Source: Candidatus Methanoperedenaceae archaeon (GTDB taxonomy: Archaea; Halobacteriota; Methanosarcinia; Methanosarcinales; Methanoperedenaceae). From it: a DNA stretch of 64,000 nt. The stretch is taken from positions 42,157 through 106,156 of the forward strand of contig CAVWCX010000027.1 of assembly GCA_963753595.1 (NCBI GenBank), in the 5' to 3' direction. Positions within the stretch are counted from its first letter, which is position 1; every line of letters begins with the position of its first letter. The notes under the pieces were generated by a model, which made no database searches, had not been told where the DNA came from, and was given only the letters and a program-made list of their open reading frames with translations. The position numbers and the translations under genes are program-made. Shown here one piece after another: positions 52,310-62,036 of the stretch.

Positions 52310-52911
52310 AAAAGATATATGATCTGCTCCTTGGTGAACTTGGCCACAGGAATTGGTGGCCCGCAGATACACCTTTTGAGGTTGTTATCGGAGCGGTTCT
52401 CACACAGCAGACCAGGTGGGAGAATGTGGAAAGGGCAATAAAGAACCTGAAAGATCATAGCCTGTTAGAAGCATATCCTCTTTCAAAGGTCAAAACTGAA
52501 GAACTGGAAGAGCTTATAAGATGTACTGGATTTTACAGGCAAAAAGCTATGAGATTAAAAAATATTTCGGCATTTTTCAATAAAAATCCTGACATTCTTG
52601 AAAAACCTTCAGACGAACTTCGCAAGATCATGCTTTCACTGAATGGAATAGGAGAAGAAACAGCGGACAGTATTGTCTTATATGCGGCAGATAAACCAAA
52701 ATTCGTGATCGATGCCTATACAAAAAGGATGTGCAAATGCATGGGGATAGAAGGAGATTATGGAAAACTCCAATCGGTCTTTGAGAGTTCGCTGCCAGGG
52801 GATGTTCCACTTTATAAGGAATTCCATGCACTCATTGTTGAATATGGAAAGCAATTCTGCGGAAAAAAACGCTGCATTGATTGTATACTGGTAGAAAATG
52901 GCAAAATGTAA
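52306..52911 (+). CDS. Endonuclease III-related HhH-GPD protein
   Basis: WWPA.TPFEV..GAVLTQ.T.W, GIGEETAD, FV.DAY, EFHALIV. Confidence 0.88.
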   Translation: MKKIYDLLLGELGHRNWWPADTPFEVVIGAVLTQQTRWENVERAIKNLKDHSLLEAYPLSKVKTEELEELIRCTGFYRQKAMRLKNISAFFNKNPDILEKPSDELRKIMLSLNGIGEETADSIVLYAADKPKFVIDAYTKRMCKCMGIEGDYGKLQSVFESSLPGDVPLYKEFHALIVEYGKQFCGKKRCIDCILVENGKM

Positions 52912-53894
52912 CAACATCCTCATTCGCGATATCCCCCTTTTCGGGTGCATTGCATTCGGTATCATTGACCGCGGGACGAACGTATTGCAGGTTCGCCCGA
53001 TCAGTGAATGTCCTATTTCCTGTATTTTTTGTTCAACAGATGCCGGTCCTTATTCAAAGCAGAGGATATCGGAATATATGGTTGATCTTGCGCAACTGCT
53101 TTCTGCTTTTGAATGGGCAACATCTTATAAAGAGATCGATGACATTGAAGCCCATATCGATACGGTTGGAGAGCCTTCAATGTATCCGCAACTGGTTGAA
53201 CTCGTAAACCTGCTATCTAAAAACAAGAATGTCAAGACCATTTCCATGCAGACAAATGGCGTTCTGTTGAACACGAAACTCATAGATGAACTGGATAATG
53301 CCGGATTGTCCCGGATCAATATGTCAATTGAAGCGCTTGACCCGGAACTTGCAAAAAGGATCTCAGGAGTTGATTCTTATAATATTGAAAAAGTTCGAAA
53401 AACTGCCGAATATATCGCCATGAATACTGATATTGACCTTCTTATCGCCCCGGTGTGGCTTCCTGGCATAAATGATGAAGAGATCCCGAAATTGATCGAA
53501 TTCGCGCTTAAGACAGGCGCAGGTAAAAAATGGCCGGCTCTTGGGATACAGAAATTCCTTTCCCATAAGAACGGGAGGAAACCTGATGTGAAAGTGATGA
53601 GCTGGGAAAAATTCTATTCACAGCTTGAGGAATGGGAAGAGAAAATTCCAGACAAAGCTAATTCTTTCCCCGAATGATTTTGGAAGCCATGACTGCAAAG
53701 CGCTTCCGAGGATGTTCAAGAGAAATGAAAAAGTAAAAGTGAAAGTCATAGGACCGGGCTGGATGAAGGGTGAAAAACTTGCGATTGCAAGAGACAGGGT
53801 TTTGACGATCGTAGATGCCGGGAATATCCCTGTGGGAAAAGAGATCTCAGTCAGGCTCGAAAGGGTGGTGGACGGGATTTATATGGCAAGATGA
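52898..53894 (+). CDS. Radical SAM protein with C-terminal TRAM-like domain, frameshift near 53640
   Basis: [29 protein letters not shown]; C-terminus PGWMKGE in another frame. Confidence 0.85.
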
Positions 53895-53970
53895 ATGCAA
53901 ATCAATGATATATGATTACAACAATCACAACGCATATATCCAGGCGTTTCCCTATGTGAAAGGGATTCTC

Positions 53971-54843
53971 ATGGATTTAGTAATTTATTTCAACGGTAAA
54001 TTCGTGCCAAAAAACGAAGCAAGAACCTCAGTATATGATCATGGTTTCTTATATGGGGACGGAGTTTTTGAAGGAATACGGGCATACAACGGCCGGGTAT
54101 TTCGGCTTGATGAACATCTTGACAGGATGTACGATTCCGCAAAAGCGATAGACCTGAAGATCCCGCTGTCAAAAGATGAAATGAAAAAAGCTATCATTGA
54201 AACATTGAAAAGGAATAAATTGAATGATGCTTATATTCGCCCCATAGTGTCACGCGGGGACGGCGACCTTGGTCTTGATCCCAGGAAATGTCCTAAACCC
54301 AATATTTTTATAATAACACAGGAATGGGGCGCAATGTACGGGGACCTGTATGAAAAAGGGCTTACAGGTATTACAGTTGGTGTCAGGAGAAATGCCCCGG
54401 AAGCAATGCCTCCGAACATCAAATCATTAAATTACCTGAACAACATCCTTGCAAAGATCGAAGCAAACGCAAAAGGCGGGGACGAGGCGATCATGTTCGA
54501 TGTGCATGGTAATCTTTCGGAAGGTTCGGGTGATAATATTTTTGTCGTAAAGAACGGCCAGGTTATCACACCGCCAGCGCTTAATAACCTTCGCGGGATA
54601 ACAAGGGCCGCTGCAATAGAACTTGCGAGACGGGAAGGATTAAACGTTCAGGAAACAAATATGGGATTATTTGATCTTTATACAGCAGATGAGGTTTTTG
54701 TTACGGGGACAGCAGCAGAGATAGCTCCTATCACGAAAATAGATGGGCGCTTAATTGCTGATGGAAAGCCAGGTAAGATCGCCAAAATGCTTATGTCTGC
54801 ATTTAAGGAATTAACTAAAACAGAAGGGACCCCTATTATATGA
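53971..54843 (+). CDS. ilvE: Branched-chain amino acid aminotransferase
   Basis: [41 protein letters not shown]. Confidence 0.96.
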   Translation: MDLVIYFNGKFVPKNEARTSVYDHGFLYGDGVFEGIRAYNGRVFRLDEHLDRMYDSAKAIDLKIPLSKDEMKKAIIETLKRNKLNDAYIRPIVSRGDGDLGLDPRKCPKPNIFIITQEWGAMYGDLYEKGLTGITVGVRRNAPEAMPPNIKSLNYLNNILAKIEANAKGGDEAIMFDVHGNLSEGSGDNIFVVKNGQVITPPALNNLRGITRAAAIELARREGLNVQETNMGLFDLYTADEVFVTGTAAEIAPITKIDGRLIADGKPGKIAKMLMSAFKELTKTEGTPII

Positions 54844-54865
54844 ATTATTAAGGAGGTTTTAGAAA

Positions 54866-55273
54866 ATGACTGAACCAGTAGTTTTAAAAGAAACTGATGT
54901 AAATATCAAACTAAAGGCAAAAATGGCAACTGCGGATGACCTGAATTACACGCTTCAGGTATATCCGATGAATATTGATTGGAAATACATTGAACAGGAT
55001 TCGGAATATAAGATCCATGAATACAGGTTCAAGGCAGAATCCATACGACAGATAGTCCGCAATGTATTGTTCAAATTTAAGGAAATCATGATCGGTTCAA
55101 TAAAAGTCGGGTCAAAAGATTACCTTTTTGAAGTACAGGTTCCAAAGCGGATCGATACTGAAAAACTCAAACAGATGTTTACCCAGATTGGTAGTGAATT
55201 AAATCACGAGATCCAGAAAAGCAGGACTGAACTGGCATCATTTAAGCAATTCCTGGATGAATGTGAATTTTAA
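54866..55273 (+). CDS. Hypothetical protein
   Basis: 135-aa ORF with a GGAGG RBS. Confidence 0.7.
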   Translation: MTEPVVLKETDVNIKLKAKMATADDLNYTLQVYPMNIDWKYIEQDSEYKIHEYRFKAESIRQIVRNVLFKFKEIMIGSIKVGSKDYLFEVQVPKRIDTEKLKQMFTQIGSELNHEIQKSRTELASFKQFLDECEF

Positions 55274-55305
55274 TTAAAGAATCTTTTTTTTAATTAAAAG
55301 AAACT

Positions 55306-55349
55306 TTGCGCTTGGTACTTTGCAAAAAACAGCATAGTACCAAGCGCAA
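55306..55349. terminator. 14-bp perfect-stem hairpin between convergent genes
   Basis: TTGCGCTTGGTACT-N16-AGTACCAAGCGCAA. Confidence 0.6.
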
Positions 55350-55384
55350 TGCCTTTTTTCCCCCAATTTTACGATTCTTTGATA

Positions 55385-55591
55385 TTATAATTCCCTGACT
55401 ATGTGAATATTTGAGAAGGGAATATAATGTTTCTTTCCTGCATGTTCTCCTTCAAGCGGGAAAAAGACCAGATATTGCTCATTATGCTTCACTTCAATTA
55501 CATTTGAGTTTGTGATCCATTTGTCAAATGTCCTGTTCCCATCGTCATCCACATATCTTCTGGATTCTATTATGTACTTTCTTTCAGCCAT
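55385..55591 (-). CDS. Small hypothetical protein
   Basis: 68-aa ORF with a GGAGG RBS and beta-rich composition. Confidence 0.7.
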   Translation of the reverse strand: MAERKYIIESRRYVDDDGNRTFDKWITNSNVIEVKHNEQYLVFFPLEGEHAGKKHYIPFSNIHIVREL

Positions 55592-55672
55592 GTTTTTTTA
55601 TCCTCCGTATATGATAATCTGGTATTATTGTATTTCAATCTTACGCAAGTATTAAGGAAGCGATGCAATTTT

Positions 55673-56482
55673 CTAAAATAGTTGTATATGTGCGGCAATG
55701 ATGACCCCGAATGTAATAGACAATACGGCAAAATCCGTGATACGTAATTTTTTCTTATTCACATACACATGCGCGTCTGCACTGTATCCCCTGCAAAGCA
55801 TGCTCTGGTATGTTCTCTCACCCTGCTCATAAGAACGAATGAAAAGTGAACTGATGGTATAACCAATTTGTTCCAGTGTCCATTTTCTCGGGACTTTCCT
55901 ATTCCAGATTTCAAAACAGCGGGTTTTTTGCGCTGTTCTTATCCGTCCCAGCATATTCCAGAAAACAAAGAGATAACGCACCATCATTGTAAAAAGGAGC
56001 GCCATTTCTTTTGGAAGGCCAAGGCGTCTTGCCGATGCCACAAGTTCGCTCATTGACGTTGTTGAAGAGAGAAATATTACAGCGCTTATACAGACAAAAA
56101 ATTTTACAAATATAATCGAGCCATATAAAAGTCCTTCACCTGTAACTTCAATCCCCATTGGAAGCCGATAAATTATTGTAAAATCATGCAGGAATGGCTG
56201 TTTCAGGAATGGCTGGAGGACCGAGATGCCAAGACCAAATGGAAGTGCTATGGCAAATCTTGCGGCAAGATGCGATAATTCAATCTTTGAAAAAAGCATA
56301 AGGAGAAGAAGATATGCTTCCAGTATCCCGAGTTTTGTAAAATTTAGAGTATCCATGCGCGGGAGAGACACTACATATATTGTAATGGCAAGGGTCATGA
56401 GGATCTTAATCCTTCCGTCAATTCCATGCACAGGAGATTTCTTATATGTCTCACGTTCCATTTCCGTGATGGAAACATGCAT
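55673..56482 (-). CDS. cbiQ: Ni/Co ECF transporter T component (CbiQ/NikQ)
   Basis: SPVH.ID.R.K, LSSTT, RSYEQGER.YQSM..RGY. Confidence 0.92.
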   Translation of the reverse strand: MHVSITEMERETYKKSPVHGIDGRIKILMTLAITIYVVSLPRMDTLNFTKLGILEAYLLLLMLFSKIELSHLAARFAIALPFGLGISVLQPFLKQPFLHDFTIIYRLPMGIEVTGEGLLYGSIIFVKFFVCISAVIFLSSTTSMSELVASARRLGLPKEMALLFTMMVRYLFVFWNMLGRIRTAQKTRCFEIWNRKVPRKWTLEQIGYTISSLFIRSYEQGERTYQSMLCRGYSADAHVYVNKKKLRITDFAVLSITFGVIIAAHIQLF

Positions 56483-56483
56483 T

Positions 56484-57308
56484 TTATTTCACGACCTTTA
56501 ACAGTTCATCCCTTGCTTCTTCAAGCGTGAATTTCACGCCCACTGGCACCCCTTCTTCCTGGAGCATCTCCATGAGCTGTGCAACCATCGGGAGGCGAAG
56601 ATGGGTTTTCTTTATTAGTTCAGGGGATGAGAATATCTCAAGGGGTGTGCCATCTCCGATTATCTTACCTTTTGACATGATGCAAACCCTGTCGGCAAGC
56701 ATGGGTACTATATCCACTTCATGGGTTGAGACTATCGTTGTTATCCCGAGGTACCTGTTCATGCCATTTATAAGCTTAATAAGGCGCATAGCTCCGCCAG
56801 GGTCAAGCCCTGCTGTGGGTTCATCAAGAACAAGAACCTCTGGCTGCATCGCAAGGATACCTGCGATCGCGACTTTTTTTTTCTCCCCCGTGCTAAGATG
56901 ATGCGGCGCCCTTTCTTCAAAACCGGTAAGCCGCACGGTTTCAAGCGACTCACGGACGCGCCTGTCGATCTCTTCTGAGCTTAAACCAAGGTTCATGGGA
57001 CCAAAAGCCACATCCTGTTTCACTGTGGGAGCAAATATCTGGTCGTCAGGATCCTGGAAAACAACGCCCACGGTCTTCCTGACTTCGAGTATATTCTCAT
57101 TGCTTATTGGCCTGCCTTTGATCAGTATCTCTCCGCCTGTGGGTTTAAGTATCCCGTTGAAATGCTTGAAAAGCGTTGATTTCCCCGCGCCGTTGGCACC
57201 TATTATTGCGATCCTTTCACCCGGCTTTGCTGTAAAGTTGATGGCATCAAGGGCTGTGATCTTTCCCCGGTATATATGCGTGAGGTTGCGTGCTTCAATA
57301 ATGTTCAT
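56484..57308 (-). CDS. cbiO: Ni/Co ECF transporter ATPase (CbiO/NikO)
   Basis: GANGAGKST, FQDPDDQ, LSTGEKK, LDEPT. Confidence 0.95.
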   Translation of the reverse strand: MNIIEARNLTHIYRGKITALDAINFTAKPGERIAIIGANGAGKSTLFKHFNGILKPTGGEILIKGRPISNENILEVRKTVGVVFQDPDDQIFAPTVKQDVAFGPMNLGLSSEEIDRRVRESLETVRLTGFEERAPHHLSTGEKKKVAIAGILAMQPEVLVLDEPTAGLDPGGAMRLIKLINGMNRYLGITTIVSTHEVDIVPMLADRVCIMSKGKIIGDGTPLEIFSSPELIKKTHLRLPMVAQLMEMLQEEGVPVGVKFTLEEARDELLKVVK

Positions 57309-57309
57309 G

Positions 57310-58245
57310 TCATGCCTTTTTCATAATTTTTGAAATTCCTGCCCAGATCAATAGTATTGCCGCCAATCCAATTATGATAGCAACCACTTCTCCTGTTTTA
57401 CCCATTCCAGGGATGGCATAGCTTGGAAAAAGTGGAGTTATCGGGGCTATCATGTTGTTGATCTCACTGCTGACAACCATGCTGGCTGTCTGCTGAAGGC
57501 CGTCCGGGTCGCCTGATGCAAGAAATGGCGCTGCCATGGCAAGTCCCAGTAAAGCGAAAATTCCCATAGCTGCAACCTTTGCTGTGCTTTCATTTTTGTG
57601 TGTCTCTTCATTTACGATATCAGGTCTTGCTTTAATTATGGCGCCAAATACTATTACAGTTATAAGACCTTCCCCGATTCCCGCGATCCCCTGGAATGTG
57701 CCCATTAAAAGAACACCCTGCTTTAGAGGGAAAGTGCCCGCAAGCCAGAGTTCAAATGAAAGGGCAATGGCGGGTAACAGCATGCTCAGCCAGGCACCTG
57801 CGAACATAGCCAGAGGACGCTTTACTGAAAGCTTGCATAAACCTATGAATGTATAATATCCCAGGAAGCCCCCTATAATTCCCATGTTCAATATGTTCGC
57901 TCCCATGACTGTTATCCCGCCGTCCCCGAAAAGAGATTGTATGGCAAGCACCATCGTCATCAGTAAAACAGCCGCCCATGGGCTTGCAAATATTATTGCG
58001 GTAAGCACAGCTCCCACTATATGCCAGCTGACACCTGTTAACATGGGTACAGGAACAAGGAGGCTTGCCGCGATGTTAATGGTCTGCAGAACGAAAATAC
58101 CCGCGGCAAGAACACCAAAAAGCGGGATCATGTTCTCGTTCATGTCCTTTCTTGCCCATTTTACTGCTCTTGCGATAAATAATATCGATATTATCCAGTA
58201 GATCGCTGCCTGCCCCAGGGGAATAAATGAGTCCGGTATATGCAT
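57310..58245 (-). CDS. nikMN: Ni/Co ECF S component, fused NikMN-type
   Basis: N-terminal MHIPD, FGDGG...GAN, C-terminal PDGL domain. Confidence 0.88.
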   Translation of the reverse strand: MHIPDSFIPLGQAAIYWIISILFIARAVKWARKDMNENMIPLFGVLAAGIFVLQTINIAASLLVPVPMLTGVSWHIVGAVLTAIIFASPWAAVLLMTMVLAIQSLFGDGGITVMGANILNMGIIGGFLGYYTFIGLCKLSVKRPLAMFAGAWLSMLLPAIALSFELWLAGTFPLKQGVLLMGTFQGIAGIGEGLITVIVFGAIIKARPDIVNEETHKNESTAKVAAMGIFALLGLAMAAPFLASGDPDGLQQTASMVVSSEINNMIAPITPLFPSYAIPGMGKTGEVVAIIIGLAAILLIWAGISKIMKKA

Positions 58246-58301
58246 TTTCTATGTCCTCCTCAAATAATATTTATTAACATTTCATTATTTTGAATGTATA
58301 T

Positions 58302-58331
58302 AGTATTACAATTATTTAAATTCGTAATACT
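58302..58331. promoter_or_regulatory. NikR-like operator AGTATTAC-N14-GTAATACT
   Basis: Perfect 8-bp arms with a 14-bp AT-rich spacer, about 55 bp upstream of nikMN. Confidence 0.75.
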
Positions 58332-58543
58332 GATTGAATAATCGTTATAGTTTCCCGGGTATATTTAGGTTATGGTCGAGAGTGAAAAATCTATTGGTGT
58401 TGCGCCAGTTGACGTCGTCCACACACATGGCTTCGCCATATGTGGGGTAACGTGCTATGAGTTGCGGCGAGCATAACGCAAATGTATGCTGATGGGTTAA
58501 AAAAGATTAAAAAGTAGAGGGTTAATAGCCCACGAATTGGCTT

Positions 58544-59131
58544 TTATGATCCCTGGCCGATCATTTCTATAGGCCCGGTAAATACCGCTATCATTACAAC
58601 AAAAACTATTATAGCAATCATTAAAATAGGAATAAAGACCGCTAGAATTGCTCTCCCCGTCGTGAGTTCTTGAAACTGGCGTATTCCGAGAACACTGAGC
58701 ACCAGTGACCATATCGCTGCGATCAAGCCTATAATTGGTATCCAGCCAAATAACAAATAAGGTGTATCAGCGTACATTAAAGCGATTATTGTCTTGACAA
58801 TTCCTTTTCTCCCGCCCACGATATATACGAAAATGTGAATAATTGCCCCGCCTATGAATGCACCTATTACCATGGTAATCAAAAACATCACAAATATCGA
58901 TATCGCTCCTGCTATTCCGGCACCTGCGCCTGACATCATTCCGAATCCACCCATCATAGAACCAAACAGTGTAGAAGCGAATGCAAACAATAGTGCTGAA
59001 ATAGCTGAAAATATCGCTGTAATACCGACATAATATTTTAGTGCATTTTCCAGAGTGTCTTCCCTGGTAGCGTCAAATGTTTTTGACGGCTCAAATATAA
59101 ATCCTTTTACTTTTTCTAAGAAATCCATCAT
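58544..59131 (-). CDS. YIP1 family membrane protein
   Basis: F.P..TF, HIFV..VGG.KG...T..A..Y..TP, WIP..G, IWSLVL...GI. Confidence 0.85.
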   Translation of the reverse strand: MMDFLEKVKGFIFEPSKTFDATREDTLENALKYYVGITAIFSAISALLFAFASTLFGSMMGGFGMMSGAGAGIAGAISIFVMFLITMVIGAFIGGAIIHIFVYIVGGRKGIVKTIIALMYADTPYLLFGWIPIIGLIAAIWSLVLSVLGIRQFQELTTGRAILAVFIPILMIAIIVFVVMIAVFTGPIEMIGQGS

Positions 59132-59259
59132 TACCACCAGGAACTTCAATACGCCCAAACTATATATCTTCTCGGCAAGGGTAGAGCAGTAAGTCATTTC
59201 TGTCTGGCTGAGAGTATAGACAACTAGCTGTTTGATGCGATGGGTTTTATGGAAGACCC

Positions 59260-59880
59260 TCACAAAAATCTAAAAAATTTAAGCCCGTCTTTAAGAAATA
59301 CAAAAGCAAAGAACAATAGCAATATGCCCGTTAATTTAATAAGATATTCATATATCCTGCTCTCTAAAAAATTCCTGTATCTATCCACTATTAACACAAT
59401 TAATATTTTTGAACCAACCAGGAATATATAGAAGCCTGAAATAAATAAAATAACAGCATAAACACTGACATCCCTGGCTTTCAACAGGGTTGGGGCGCCA
59501 ACAGTGAACCAGAACAGATAAGGATGTGGATTTAATAAATTCACAATCATCCCTTTTTCAAAAGATTTTGATCTTTCTATATTTCCTGTTTTAGGTTTTT
59601 TAAAAAAAAGATTCCCATAAGCCAGATAACATAAAAATATTGAACCCAGTATTGAAATAAGACCTAATATCAAGTTGAAATTTGAAATTTTTAATAGTAT
59701 TAATGCCGTTATAAGAATAATGGGTATATCTGTAAAAAGCGGGGAGATAGCAACTTTCATACCTTCTTTTTTATTTTTTATCAATGTTTCGGAGATCACA
59801 AGCGTCAATAAGGGCCCGGGAGTTATTCCTGAAGCAAAACCCAAAAAAATCCCAACGATTAAAAAATCCTTATCGATCAT
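59260..59880 (-). CDS. LysE family translocator
   Basis: G...G..PGP, NLLNPHPYLFW. Confidence 0.9.
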   Translation of the reverse strand: MIDKDFLIVGIFLGFASGITPGPLLTLVISETLIKNKKEGMKVAISPLFTDIPIILITALILLKISNFNLILGLISILGSIFLCYLAYGNLFFKKPKTGNIERSKSFEKGMIVNLLNPHPYLFWFTVGAPTLLKARDVSVYAVILFISGFYIFLVGSKILIVLIVDRYRNFLESRIYEYLIKLTGILLLFFAFVFLKDGLKFFRFL

Positions 59881-60010
59881 AGAATTATACTTATAAGCGT
59901 GATATGATTATAATTTTTCTCAAACCCATATTTCGCACTTGATAAGATAAATTTATGATTTATCTATGAAATATGAGCCTGACAAAATATAAGAAAATTG
60001 CATTTATTCA

Positions 60011-60242
60011 GACAGGATAACAGGCTCGACAGGATTTAGTCATCGTGTTTTTCCAATCTAATTCAGAGACTTTCTATTATTTTCTGGTTTGAAAACCACA
60101 GAGAACGCAGAGTACACAGAGAAAAATGGCAACACTCTACGTTCTCTGTGGTTGATTACCTTGTGCAAATATTCCTTTTTCCAGAAGAAATTATCAGGAT
60201 AAATCACTAAAATCGTATCACTTCGATCCTGTTAATCCTGTC
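60011..60242. repeat. GACAGGAT-type inverted-repeat element enclosing copy 2 of the CACAGAG palindrome (60089-60157)
   Basis: Outer GACAGGATAACAGG..GACAGGATT / ATCCTGTTAATCCTGTC; inner TTGAAAACCACAGAGAACGCAGAGTACACAGAG..CTCTGTGGTTGATT. Confidence 0.8.
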
Positions 60243-60376
60243 AAATGAGGTGGTTTTGACCGCCCCGTATGCAGTAATCATGGAAGCTGCGATATTTACG
60301 TAGGGGGTCATTAATTCTAGTCCACCTATATTCCGTTTCCTGTCTATGATAATGTTTTCGTTCATTTTCAGAACTT

Positions 60377-61584
60377 TCATCTCCCAAGCTCAGCATGCGC
60401 TTTCGCAAGATGCCTGGCGGCAAGCGCGCCAACGAGTGATATCTCACCTGCAAGAACTGCGGCGGCTATTATTTCGGCCAATTTCTTAGAGTTCGTGCCA
60501 GGCGGCTCTCCCGCTCCTGCTGCCCCAGCATATTCAGGCATTCCTGCTGTGTGGCTATTCTTGTCCCTCCACCCACTGTTCCGACATTAAGGGACGGTAT
60601 TGTAACAGAACAGTATAATCCATCATCTGTAAGTTCCATTGTAGTGATTGCGTTACTTGCTTCCACAACATGCCCCGCATCCTGGCCGCATGCAATGAAC
60701 ATGGCAGCTGCGATATTTGCTGCATGGGCATTAAAGCCGATCGAACCTGCGAGGGCTGAGCCTAATAAATTTTTCCTGTAATTTACATCTGCCATTTTTT
60801 CAGGTGTGGTTTTAAGTTTTTCAGAAATCACTTCTTTTGCGATAAAAACATCCGCAGAAACAGTTTTTCCCCTCCCAAGAATTGCATTTATGGCGGCAGG
60901 TTTCTTATCTGAGCACATATTACTGGATAAAGCGACAAGCTCAACATCATTTTCGGATAATATCAGATCAACGGCGGCATCTGTGGCAATAGTGACCATG
61001 TTCATACCCATGGCATCCTTGGTATCATAGGAAAATCGCAAAAACACATTTCTACCGGCTGTAAACGCATTTATGGAAAGCAATTCCCCGAAACGGGTTG
61101 TTTCTTCTGCCTTTTGTTTCAGCCTCCCGAAATTATCATTTACCCAGTCAACAAGCCTTTTTGCACATATTATATCTTTTGTCCGAAAAACCGGCGCCCT
61201 TGTCATCCCATCCTTGAATATCCTCACATTTGCGCCGCCTGAGACTGTGATAACAGAGCTTCCCCTGTCTGTGCTGGCGACAAGCGCGCCTTCTGTCGTT
61301 GCAAGGGGGATGTAGTATTCGCCTTTTGCATATTCACCATTGACGCGAAGCGGTCCGGCAATCCCAAGGGGTACCTGAATTACGCCTATCATGTTCTCGA
61401 TATTGCGCTTGGTGACGTTTTCAACATCAATGGAATAATTGGAAATATGATTTAATCGTGTTCCGGTCAGTTCGGAAACAGCGGTTCGTCTCAACTCGAT
61501 AGAGGCATTTACATCAAGTGTTTTATCAATTTCATGAAAACTGATCTCGCCTCTTTTCACTTTTTCAAGGAGTTCTCTGTCCAT
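60377..61584 (-). CDS. hmgA: HMG-CoA reductase (class I), frameshift near 60510
   Basis: ENMIG, PLATTEG.LVAS, DAMGMNM, GTVGGGT; C-terminal LAGEISL...HLAKAH in another frame. Confidence 0.95.
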
Positions 61585-61622
61585 AGGAGCGCTATTTGAT
61601 TTTATTTAATAAAAAGACTTGC

Positions 61623-61997
61623 CTAAAGATTTATTACAAGCTGCCCCTCTTCACAATACTCAAGCATCAGGTCAGCCACTTCAAATGAGTGTATCATTTC
61701 TATCCCCTCAATAAGTTCGTCCTTATCAAAACCTATCATCGAGGAAGCAAGTTCACAGCATTTGATCTTTATTCCCAGGTCGAGACATTCCCGAACCCGC
61801 TCATCATAAGGGGGAGATCCGGTCTTGCCTTTTTTTCCAAGAATAACACCCATCGGACCCCAGAGAACCAGAACTACATCCAGTCCTTTTTTACGATAAT
61901 ATTTTGCAAACCTGAGGATTTCCATAGGACTTGTACTCTCATATACCATGTTTTTCAGGAACAGGAGTACTCTGGTAACCTTTTTCTCAGACATCAT
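61623..61997 (-). CDS. DsrE-like protein
   Basis: alpha/beta pattern V.LVLWG.GV, IKCC; typical size. Confidence 0.65.
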   Translation of the reverse strand: MMSEKKVTRVLLFLKNMVYESTSPMEILRFAKYYRKKGLDVVLVLWGPMGVILGKKGKTGSPPYDERVRECLDLGIKIKCCELASSMIGFDKDELIEGIEMIHSFEVADLMLEYCEEGQLVINL

Positions 61998-62036
61998 TGA
62001 TATATTTTGGTTGGAGGGTAATGAAGTTATCTGAAA

